Below, piece by piece: positions 21,858 to 29,874 of a DNA stretch of 42,314 bases (the first letter of the stretch is position 1; each line of letters opens with the position of its first letter). The translations under genes were made by a program, and so were the position numbers. The DNA lies in contig JAADFX010000121.1 of the NCBI GenBank assembly GCA_013152685.1, positions 1 through 42,314 on the forward strand, written 5' to 3'. The notes under the pieces were generated by a model that ran no database searches, was not told where the DNA came from, and worked only from the letters and a program-made list of their open reading frames with translations. This DNA comes from Methanobacteriota archaeon. Lineage in GTDB: Archaea > Hydrothermarchaeota > Hydrothermarchaeia > Hydrothermarchaeales > BMS3B.

Positions 21858-23218
21858 CCCTTCAGCCTGAGCACCTTGCCCTCCAGCACCGCCTCCGGAT
21901 GGGACTCGCTGTACAGCCTCAGGAACTCCTCGGCGTAGCGCACCCCGAGTTCGCCCGCCGAGACCCTGCCCGCCTCCGCCAGCTTCCGGGATATAATCCT
22001 CTCCACCGCGGGGTAGTTCCTGGCTATCTTGACCTCCCTGTACCTCCTGGAGAAGTCTGCGGCTAGGGCGGTGAGCACCTCCAGTGCGCTGCCCGCAAAC
22101 TCCCTGAACTCCCTCCGGGGGTCCAGCTCCGAGATTCTACCCCCGGCGCCCGTCCCCTCCACCGCCCTTCCGAGCTTTCTGAGTTCCTCGTCCAGCACTG
22201 AGATCTCCCTTGCCATCGCCCTGGCGAGCTCCAGGGTGAGCCTCTTCGCCTCCTGGCGGATGCTCCTGAACTCAGCCAGCTGGCCCGGGTCTGTGTAGCT
22301 CTTGGCACGCTCCCTGAGCTCGCGGAGCACCTGCCGTTCCCTCTCAAAGCCCCGGCTCAGCTCCAGCATCCTGTCCAGGTAGGCCAGCACCTCCTCTCTG
22401 GCCTCAAGGAAGGGGCGCGTCAGGTAGCTGGAGACCTCACTCCTGACCCTGAGTAGCCTGTAAACGCTCTCAACCTTCTCCCTCTCCCGCTTTACCCGCT
22501 CCAGCTCCTCCCTGAGGTGGGAGACGTCTGCCACCCCCTCGGCTGTGGTGAGCAGGAACTCGGCCTCCCGAATGCACCTCTCCACCAGCCTCCCGTACTG
22601 CTCCTCACCGCGCCTCCGCTTCTCCAGCAGGTCCTGGAGGCTGGCGGCAGGCATGGATGCAACCCTCCTAAGCTCCTCGTACTCCTCCCTGACGGAGAAG
22701 CCGCCCTCCACCAGCATCTGGGCGGCATCCAGCAGCTCCTGCATGCGCCCAGCCACGGCCTCACCGTAGCTCGCCACCACCAGCGACTCCAGGCTGCGCA
22801 GCTGCTGCTCCACCTTCCTGCTCTCCAGCTCTATGGCGGTCAGGGTCACCCTGTCGATTTTCCCCTCGTTTATCTGGAACTCCCCCGTAAAGAATCCCCT
22901 GGATATCAGCCCCCGCTTTATCCCGGCCAGGTCCTCCATAAAGGGCTCCACGTCCACCATCTCCGACGCTGCCCTGAGGTTCCTCTCCAGCACCTCCACC
23001 GCGTCCTTAATCTTGTTCAGAATTTCAATCTTCAGCAGGACCACAGTTCTGTCGGTTTTGCTCTTCCACCAGGTGTAGACCAGGCTTGCCAGGAGAACGC
23101 TTAGGATCACGCCCACGGCGAGGTAGGACACAAAGCTTATCCCGAAGGTGAGGAGCAGGGCGACCCCCACCCCCAGGGTGAGGAGCACCACGAGTGCGGT
23201 CACCGCGTACTCATTCAT
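21854..23218 (-). CDS. Membrane-hairpin (2 TM) coiled-coil protein, hypothetical; candidate filament tether
   Basis: MNEYAVTALVVLLTLGVGVALLLTFG and FVSYLAVGVILSVLLASLVYTWW, then ~380 aa of E/R/L-rich heptad-like sequence. A possible small globular C-terminal end (ARNYPAVERIISRKLAEAGRVSAGELG...). The ATG overlaps the upstream stop (ATGA 23215-23218). Confidence 0.8.
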   Translation of the reverse strand: MNEYAVTALVVLLTLGVGVALLLTFGISFVSYLAVGVILSVLLASLVYTWWKSKTDRTVVLLKIEILNKIKDAVEVLERNLRAASEMVDVEPFMEDLAGIKRGLISRGFFTGEFQINEGKIDRVTLTAIELESRKVEQQLRSLESLVVASYGEAVAGRMQELLDAAQMLVEGGFSVREEYEELRRVASMPAASLQDLLEKRRRGEEQYGRLVERCIREAEFLLTTAEGVADVSHLREELERVKREREKVESVYRLLRVRSEVSSYLTRPFLEAREEVLAYLDRMLELSRGFERERQVLRELRERAKSYTDPGQLAEFRSIRQEAKRLTLELARAMAREISVLDEELRKLGRAVEGTGAGGRISELDPRREFREFAGSALEVLTALAADFSRRYREVKIARNYPAVERIISRKLAEAGRVSAGELGVRYAEEFLRLYSESHPEAVLEGKVLRLKG

Positions 23219-24417
23219 GCTTCCGCCTCACTCTCCAGAAAGTCCTTCTCGTACTCCTCCAGCACCCTCAGCGAGATGTCCTTGTACTGGCTCGCCAGCT
23301 GGCTCAGGGTTCTGAGCCTCGATATCTGGTTGGGACGGTAGGTGAGCAGCACCGTGGCTGTTGCCAGGTTGCGCTTCGTCAGAGCCACGCCGAAGTGGGT
23401 CTCCCCCAGGCGGGAGTGCTCCTCCATGACCTGCTTCGCCATGCTGGTGTTTATCCTCCCGCGCTTTGTCAGGTAAACCGGAGGTATGCGGAGCAGCACT
23501 AGGTTCTTCTCAGCGTGCTCAGGCCTGAGCTCCGCCACAGTCAGCTTCATGAAGCTCCTGTACAGCAGGGAGATCACATCTATCTCCCGGTGCCCCCCGA
23601 AGGGGAATATGTAGTGCAGGAAGTTCCTTGTCCTCTCGGAGGCCCTCCCCAGGGCGGCGAATCCGTGGCGGGTGCGCTTTCCGAAGGAGAAGCTGGTTGC
23701 CGCGATCATGTCCTTGAGGTCGATCACCGGTGCATAGCCCTCATACCTGGAGGGGTCCACCCTCTCTATGGCGGTGCCTATAAGTATGTCCCTTATGCTC
23801 CTCGCCACATACTCGTTGTACCTCTGGAAGAGGCTCTCGGCGCTCTCCGCGTGGGCAAGCTTCTGGTTGTCCACCAGGATTACGGAGTCCACATTCTCTA
23901 TGAGCAGGTTGAGGCTCTCCACGGAATTTTTTGCTGTCAGCCCCCCCTCGTGGGTTGCCGGAAGAACCACAACGGCTATCACGGGAACTCCCATCTCCTT
24001 GAGCACCCCTGCCACCACGGGTCCGGCACCGCTTCCCGTCCCGCCTCCCAGGGCGAAGGCGACAAATGCCACGGGCACACCCACGCCGCTGTCCCCCTCC
24101 CCCACCCTGGTTCTCTCCACAATCACCTCCTTCAGGTTCTCCCTGAAGCGCAGGGCGTCCTCCTCGGCCCTGGCGCGGTTCTTCCCGTAGCCGCCGCTGA
24201 CGAAGTGCTCAAAGCCGTGCATTGTTCCGGGTATGAACCCCCTGTCCCGGGACATCCCCACCCAGTGCTCCCTCCCGAGGTTCTTGAGCGTCTGAAGGTC
24301 CAGGGTGGCTGAGTTGATTGCTATTGGCACCGCTATCTTGAACATCACCTCGTCGTAAAAAGCAGCATCAATTATGGCGCCGCCGCACTGTCCAACACCG
24401 ATAAACACGTAGGGCAT
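23215..24417 (-). CDS. CetZ-like tubulin/FtsZ-superfamily GTPase (protein A of the pair)
   Basis: MPYVFIGVGQCGGAIIDAAF (tubulin-like GQCG T1 loop), FALGGGTGSGAGPVVAG (signature, nt 24028-24048), VVLPATHEGGLTAKNS...VILVDNQ, VIDLKDM (T7-like), and an FtsZ_C-like end (KNLVLLRIPP...THFGVALT...ATVLLTY). Start moved from the track's 24468 to ATG 24417; the extension lies in the AT-rich promoter. Confidence 0.8.
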   Translation of the reverse strand: MPYVFIGVGQCGGAIIDAAFYDEVMFKIAVPIAINSATLDLQTLKNLGREHWVGMSRDRGFIPGTMHGFEHFVSGGYGKNRARAEEDALRFRENLKEVIVERTRVGEGDSGVGVPVAFVAFALGGGTGSGAGPVVAGVLKEMGVPVIAVVVLPATHEGGLTAKNSVESLNLLIENVDSVILVDNQKLAHAESAESLFQRYNEYVARSIRDILIGTAIERVDPSRYEGYAPVIDLKDMIAATSFSFGKRTRHGFAALGRASERTRNFLHYIFPFGGHREIDVISLLYRSFMKLTVAELRPEHAEKNLVLLRIPPVYLTKRGRINTSMAKQVMEEHSRLGETHFGVALTKRNLATATVLLTYRPNQISRLRTLSQLASQYKDISLRVLEEYEKDFLESEAEA

Positions 24418-24443
24418 TCTTCCACCGGACCTCGGAGACCAGC

Positions 24444-24475
24444 TTTTATATTTAATTACCAAGGTCAATATAAAA
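24444..24475. promoter_or_regulatory. Bidirectional promoter: perfect 9-nt inverted repeat of TATA-like elements (ttttatatt 24444-24452 / aatataaaa 24467-24475)
   Basis: The only AT-rich stretch in the 67-nt spacer between ATG 24417(-) and ATG 24485(+). The distances fit short or absent leaders on both sides. Confidence 0.45.
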
Positions 24476-24484
24476 CATTACTGC

Positions 24485-25429
24485 ATGGGCAGGCCGGTGC
24501 TCCTCCTCGTTTTTATCCTCCTCCTGCCGGCGGTGGCGGCGCAGGACTGCGGCAGTGTGCTCACTGAGCTGAGGGGCTTCACCTCCCCCCTTCTCTCCTC
24601 ACAGCCGGAGTTCGCCCAGGTGAAGCAGGATGTGCTCCTCCTCCTGTACTCCCGGGAGCGCGGGGCATGCGGCCCGGATATGGCAGGCTTCGCCTCGCTG
24701 ACGCTTGAGTACCTGCGGGAGGCCCACGAGGCGTACCTGCTCATGAGCTCCGGGGTGCTCAGCGAGCGCAGGAGCGGCGTGGAGAGGCTGGTGGAGGCGG
24801 CGAACCTGCTGGCTGAGATGGAGTCCTACGCATCGACGCTTGGTCCTGTGGCGGAGGATGCGGTGTTCGCCGCCAGGGAGGGCAGGCGGGGGCTGCTGCT
24901 TGCCCAGGGCATGAGCTCCGAGAGGATGGCGGAGGAGTCCCCGGGCACCCGGGAGAAGCTGGAGCACCTTGAGCTGGCGATAATGAGCTATGAGGCGGCG
25001 GACGCCCTCCAGGCGAAGAGCCTTGAGGTCAGGAGGCAGAACCTGGAGGAGAGGTACACCGCCGACATGGCAGAGGCGGCGCGGCACCTGGAGGAGGCGT
25101 CCATCAGGCTCCGCAGGGCGGTTGAGCTCCGCGACGCCTTTCCCGGCTTCATAGACGCCTACGCCCTTGCCAGGGAGGCGAGGCTGGAGCTCCTCAGGGC
25201 TGGAGAGCTGTACTCTCTCCACAGGGAAGAGGAGATGCTCAGGCAGGTGGAGAGCAGCCTGTCCACAGCCCAGGAAATCTACACCACCTCCCGCCGCAGA
25301 ATACTCCTGCTCTTTGCCCTTGTGGCGGCTGTTCTCACCTCCCTCTCAGTCTACATACAGAGCAGGATCCGGAGCTGGGAGCGGGACAACCACGAGTGCA
25401 GCCTGGGAAATGAGCTGGTGGGTGTGTGA
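24485..25429 (+). CDS. Secreted helical protein with C-terminal TM anchor; hypothetical
   Basis: Signal peptide MGRPVLLLVFILLLPAVAAQ, ~250 aa of A/E/L/R-rich helical sequence, TM ILLLFALVAAVLTSLSVYI, and a short cytoplasmic tail. The stop is 1 nt before the next ATG. Confidence 0.7.
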   Translation: MGRPVLLLVFILLLPAVAAQDCGSVLTELRGFTSPLLSSQPEFAQVKQDVLLLLYSRERGACGPDMAGFASLTLEYLREAHEAYLLMSSGVLSERRSGVERLVEAANLLAEMESYASTLGPVAEDAVFAAREGRRGLLLAQGMSSERMAEESPGTREKLEHLELAIMSYEAADALQAKSLEVRRQNLEERYTADMAEAARHLEEASIRLRRAVELRDAFPGFIDAYALAREARLELLRAGELYSLHREEEMLRQVESSLSTAQEIYTTSRRRILLLFALVAAVLTSLSVYIQSRIRSWERDNHECSLGNELVGV

Positions 25430-25430
25430 G

Positions 25431-27440
25431 ATGCGCTGCCTCCTCCTTCCACTGCTGGTTCTCCTCCTCCTGCCTGCCGCTGCGGCGCAGGTTGAGGCGA
25501 AGTTCAGCTACACCGATGTGGACTTCTACTTCAATGCACCCAGGGACGAGGTCAGCCACTTTGAGGTCAACCTCACCCTGAGGCTGTACAACTCCGACAA
25601 CGAGAGCGCCGCCATCGTTTCCGACCTGAAGGCGGAACTCAGGGGGGAGGCCGCCCAGCGGGGTGTCCAGGTGCTTCTGGAGAAGAGCTACGTGAGGGTG
25701 GAGCCGGAGAGCGTCTCCTACGTGAGGGTCACCTTCAGGGCACCCTCCTCCCTGGCGCAGGGGAGCTATGATGCGGAGCTCAGCGTCAGGGGCAACTACA
25801 CCTACGTAACCAAGGGCGGCGCCTACCTGCTGGTGCACCAGTTCTACATAACGGTGAATGTGGAGCATCCGCCGCCAACCCTGGAGGCCAGCTGGGACAT
25901 GGCCAGGTGGGGCCAGCTGAAGGCGGGGCAGAGCTTTGAGCGGAGGCTGACTGTGCGGGAGGTCTTCGGCTATGCGGATGCGGAGAATGTTACTGTGTAC
26001 CTCTCCAAGACGGGTCCGGTGGAGCTGAACTACTCGCCCCACCTCGGGGACATCCCCGCCGGCGGCTCCAGGCACATGAGCGTTGAGGTGATGGTGCCCT
26101 TGAGGAACCTGGAGCCCGGGGACTACCGGGTGACACCGCGGATTGTCAGTGACGCGGGGGTTGATGTTGCGGAAGCGGAGGGGGCGAACTACACAATTCC
26201 GGAGCCCAGCATGACCCTTTCCACCACCGTTGTGGACTTCGGCAAGCTCACCTTCGAGGCAGGGAGGGATTCCGCAACCCGGAGCGTGGTTGTCTCGGAG
26301 GCGGGGGGCTACACCCCCATAGAGGGCCTGGAGGTAAGGCTGGAAGAAGGTGAGGAGGGCTGGATATCCACCGCCGGTGTGGACTACATTCCCCCGGGGG
26401 GCAGCGTCTCCCTGAACCTCTCGCTGCTTCTCCCGCCGGATGCGAGCCTGGGGAAGAAGAGCTGGGTGTTCCTGCTCACCACCAGGTACGCGGGGAGTGC
26501 GCGGCTGACGGCGAGAGCCACTGTGTACTTCCCGGGGCTGGAGGAGGCGGAGCGGCGGCTCGCGGAGCTGAAGGACCCCAGATACGCCGGCGCCATCGAC
26601 AACCTGAAGAACCTGATAGCCGCGTCCAAGGAGGTCACGGAGCTCAGGGAGATTGCCATGGTAATGGCTGTTTACAGCGGCGTTGTGTCCTTTGTGGACA
26701 GCTTCTCCTCCCCAGAGAACAGGACGCTGGAGGAGAGGGTTGAGATGCTGCTCCTCACCAGGAGCAGCCTGAGCAGGGCGAAGGCGGGTGCGCTTTCCCT
26801 CCGGGACGAGAGCCTCAGGAGCTATGCAATTCCCGCCGTGGAGACTCTGGAGGAGGCCTGGAGGGGCGAGGCCCTTGCGGTTGCAGAGGCCATCCAGGAG
26901 CGCCTGAGGAGCGGCGCCGACTACCGGAGCGCCGCCCTGGACTACGGCAGGCTCAGGACCCTCTACGCCCTGCTGGGTGAGGAGGAGCGCTCCCGCGCCT
27001 ACGCCTCCCGCCAGGAGGAGATGGAGGCAGCCTACTACGGGGCGCTCAGTGAGGCGGCACGGCTCCTGAGGGAGTCGGAGGATGAGTTCTCGGCGGCGCG
27101 GGCGCTGACCCTGAACCTCAGGGAGGCCTCCTTTGTGCTCAGCCCCTTCCGCTATGAGCGCGTGGTCGCCCACTACAGGAACGCCATATCCCTGGCGGAG
27201 AGGGCGGCAGCGCTGCTCAGGAGCGCGGGTGAGGCGGAGGAGGCGGAGCTTGCGGAGAGGCGGGCGGCTGAGCTGAGCAGGACGCTGCGCGACCTGGAGA
27301 GGGCCTTCGCCCTCTACCTGGCGCTTCTCACGGCCTTCTTCCTGTGGTTTGTGGCGAGGGTGACCCTGGGCCTTATTCGCTGGGTCAGGGACTCTGAGGT
27401 CCTCTCGGAGGGGGATGTGGTGCTGGGCGGCGAGACCTGA
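25431..27440 (+). CDS. Secreted protein: N-terminal beta-rich (Ig/CARDB-like) domains, helical domain, C-terminal TM anchor; hypothetical
   Basis: Start moved from the track's 25167 to ATG 25431, giving MRCLLLPLLVLLLLPAAAAQ. Beta-rich first ~400 aa, then a helical A/E/R-rich region, TM YLALLTAFFLWFVARVTLGLI, and a short tail. Confidence 0.75.
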   Translation: MRCLLLPLLVLLLLPAAAAQVEAKFSYTDVDFYFNAPRDEVSHFEVNLTLRLYNSDNESAAIVSDLKAELRGEAAQRGVQVLLEKSYVRVEPESVSYVRVTFRAPSSLAQGSYDAELSVRGNYTYVTKGGAYLLVHQFYITVNVEHPPPTLEASWDMARWGQLKAGQSFERRLTVREVFGYADAENVTVYLSKTGPVELNYSPHLGDIPAGGSRHMSVEVMVPLRNLEPGDYRVTPRIVSDAGVDVAEAEGANYTIPEPSMTLSTTVVDFGKLTFEAGRDSATRSVVVSEAGGYTPIEGLEVRLEEGEEGWISTAGVDYIPPGGSVSLNLSLLLPPDASLGKKSWVFLLTTRYAGSARLTARATVYFPGLEEAERRLAELKDPRYAGAIDNLKNLIAASKEVTELREIAMVMAVYSGVVSFVDSFSSPENRTLEERVEMLLLTRSSLSRAKAGALSLRDESLRSYAIPAVETLEEAWRGEALAVAEAIQERLRSGADYRSAALDYGRLRTLYALLGEEERSRAYASRQEEMEAAYYGALSEAARLLRESEDEFSAARALTLNLREASFVLSPFRYERVVAHYRNAISLAERAAALLRSAGEAEEAELAERRAAELSRTLRDLERAFALYLALLTAFFLWFVARVTLGLIRWVRDSEVLSEGDVVLGGET

Positions 27441-27448
27441 GGCGGGGG

Positions 27449-29842
27449 CTAGAGGTGGCTCCCCCGCAGCCTCATCAGGACCTCCTCGCTCTTCAGCATG
27501 TGCTCCAGGCACAGCAGCAGGTAGCTGGCGAAGCCCAGGAGCGCCTCCTTTTGCTCTGGTGAGGCGCTCTCCGCCCTCTCCAGAAGCTTTTTTGACACCC
27601 GCCACAGGGATGCGGGCGGGTGGATGGAAAGCTCTCCGAGCAGCGAGGTGAGCCTTTCGTCCGCCTCCTGAAGCCGCCTCTCCACCTGCGCGCTGTCCAC
27701 CTCTCCGCCTGTGGAGAAGGGCGGGGGCTCACACCCCTCGGCGCTGCGCATTCTTGAGGAGGCGGAGACCGCCAGATTCTTCCAGTCCTGCATCGCCTCG
27801 ATGAGTAGCTCTACCGCATACCCGGCCGCCTCCACGGCGCCCATTCCCCGGAGCAGGGCCATCTCCTCCGCTCCCCTGAGAACCTCCTCCGCGGCTCTCC
27901 GGAAGAACACGGGCAGGCACGGGTCGTCTACAGAGATGCGCTCGCAGCTCTCGGCAACACTCCGCCTCAGCTCCCCGAGCGTGGCCCTCACCTCCGGCGG
28001 GAGCTCACCCGCAGGCCTGAGCTCCACTTGAACCTCCCCTTCTCCCGGCGGAACCTCCACCTCGCGGGGGGCGAAGCCCTCCTTCTCCACCCTCAGCAGA
28101 GACGGCGCCTCCCCCGCGGGGAGCTCTGCCCTGCCGGAGGCGTCCGTGGTGCTGCCCGCATCGCCCATCCTCACCGCTGCCCCGCTGATTGGCCCGCCGC
28201 CTGGCCCTGTAACCCTTACCCTGAGCCTTCTCTCGGCAGCCTCCACCCCGGCGCCTGCCTCCTGCCTCCTTCGCCTGAGGAGCAGGGCTCCGCCACCTAG
28301 CAGCAGAAGGGCAGCCAGCGCGTATATGAGCCGGGCATCAGCCGCGGGCGCTGAGGTGGAAGCCTTCCCGGTGGGTACCCTCAGAATTCTCCCACCGGAC
28401 AGCACAAGGGCAGCGCTTCCATCAGGCGCCAGGGATATGTCCACCACCCTCGCTAGTGGGCGGAGCGTCCACACCGGCTCGCCCTCCCGGGTCATCAGGT
28501 CCACCCTCCCGGGCGAGGCGAGGAGCAGGTACCCTCCCCCCGCGTCCATTACGGTGGCGTTGTGGTCGAGGGGCAGGGTGCGCACCACTCTGCCGCCGGA
28601 GAGCATCACCACCTCATCCCCCAGCAGCAGGTACAGGACATCTCCCCCTGCTTCGAGGTCCAGGATGCTTGTGTTGAGATTCACCCTCCAGAGTGGGGCG
28701 CCCTCGCCGGAGAGCATCACCACCCTGCCACCGGCAGCAGCGGCGATTCCCTCCCCCGAAACCTCCAGCAGCTCGGGGGTGAACTCGGGCACCTTCCTCC
28801 ACAGCAGTGCTCCGGCGGTGTTGTACAGGTGCAGCTCGCTCCCGGCGAAGAGGGCTATCCTTTCCCTGGAGGCGGCGAGCAGCACCACCTCCCCACCGGT
28901 TGAGGCGTTCCACTGCCTGGCTACCCCGGCGTAGTGGACGATTTTATCCCCCTCTGCGACCACAAACCCCCCATCGTAGGCGGATACCAGCGGTGCAGGG
29001 GAGGTGGCCACCCTGCCCAGCAGCTCTCCGGAGCTGCCCAAGAGGTAGAGCTCGCCCCTGCCCACCGCCACCATGCCCCCGGAGGTCGCCACCACCCGGG
29101 TGATGTTGCCCGGCGGTAGTATCCAGCTTCCCGGGGGTGCGGTGGAGGGCTTCACCAGGGTGATTACCCTGCTGGCTGAGGCGGTTCTGTTGCCAAGGCT
29201 TATGTTCACCACCAGCGGGTACCTGCCAGGTGGCAGTCCGGAGGTGTCCCAGCGGTAGGGCAGGGTGCTGCTCTTCAGGCTTCCGTTGATGTACACCGCC
29301 GGGCTGGCTCCCGGTGTGTGGAGGGCGTCCACCACCAGCACATCTCCCTCAGAGAGGACCTCCTCGAGGGGGGAGGTTATCTCCACATACAGGGCCGGGG
29401 AGGTGTTCAGCACCACCACCTCCCCGTGGGCATAGGCGGTGGCGCACCCGTCTTTAAATGTGAATCTCACCGTCAGGGCGTAGCTTCCGGGGCTGGGAGG
29501 GGCAAAGAAGCCGAAGGAGGAGGCCACCTCCTGCCCGGGAATCGCGCTGCCGGAGTACAGCCGTGCCAGCGGCTGCTCGCTCCAGTTTCCCAGGAGCTCC
29601 GCCTCCACCCGCGTGGCGGCGGCCTCTCCGAAGACCCAGCCTATCCTCCCCTCAATCCTCTGCAGCGGTGCCGCGGCGATGCTCCCCTGCTGCCCCCCAG
29701 CCTCAGGGTTCAGGTCGAAGACGGTTAGGCTCATGAGCTCCGTGCTGCTCCCCGGGCTGAGGTGGTACACATCCCCCCTGCATGAGGCGTGCAGCGGTGG
29801 AAGAAGGAGCAGCAGCATCACAAAGGCTGGTGCCATCCGCAT
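27449..29842 (-). CDS. Single-pass membrane protein: extracellular Ig-like plus PQQ-like beta-propeller, TM, cytoplasmic CarboxypepD_reg-like beta domain and helical domain
   Basis: Signal peptide MRMAPAFVMLLLLLPPLHAS. About seven ~38-aa repeats (e.g. GELYLLGSSGELLGRV, SELHLYNTAGALLWRK, RVVMLSGEGAPLWRV, RVDLMTREGEPVWTL). TM LIYALAALLLLGGGALLLRRRRQ. Then VRVTGPGGGPISGAAVRMGDAGSTTDASGRAEL...LLRVEKEGFAPREVEV and ~200 aa of helical sequence. Confidence 0.75.
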   Translation of the reverse strand: MRMAPAFVMLLLLLPPLHASCRGDVYHLSPGSSTELMSLTVFDLNPEAGGQQGSIAAAPLQRIEGRIGWVFGEAAATRVEAELLGNWSEQPLARLYSGSAIPGQEVASSFGFFAPPSPGSYALTVRFTFKDGCATAYAHGEVVVLNTSPALYVEITSPLEEVLSEGDVLVVDALHTPGASPAVYINGSLKSSTLPYRWDTSGLPPGRYPLVVNISLGNRTASASRVITLVKPSTAPPGSWILPPGNITRVVATSGGMVAVGRGELYLLGSSGELLGRVATSPAPLVSAYDGGFVVAEGDKIVHYAGVARQWNASTGGEVVLLAASRERIALFAGSELHLYNTAGALLWRKVPEFTPELLEVSGEGIAAAAGGRVVMLSGEGAPLWRVNLNTSILDLEAGGDVLYLLLGDEVVMLSGGRVVRTLPLDHNATVMDAGGGYLLLASPGRVDLMTREGEPVWTLRPLARVVDISLAPDGSAALVLSGGRILRVPTGKASTSAPAADARLIYALAALLLLGGGALLLRRRRQEAGAGVEAAERRLRVRVTGPGGGPISGAAVRMGDAGSTTDASGRAELPAGEAPSLLRVEKEGFAPREVEVPPGEGEVQVELRPAGELPPEVRATLGELRRSVAESCERISVDDPCLPVFFRRAAEEVLRGAEEMALLRGMGAVEAAGYAVELLIEAMQDWKNLAVSASSRMRSAEGCEPPPFSTGGEVDSAQVERRLQEADERLTSLLGELSIHPPASLWRVSKKLLERAESASPEQKEALLGFASYLLLCLEHMLKSEEVLMRLRGSHL

Positions 29843-29874
29843 GGAGATAATTTGTTGCGGGTGCAATATGAAGC

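Noticed and set aside
25335-27605. 756-aa ORF on the minus strand
   Set aside because: It is antisense to the signal-peptide-bearing 25431..27440 gene. Its translation is R/P/G/H/Q-rich low-complexity sequence without motifs, as expected from the reverse frame of a GC3-rich gene.
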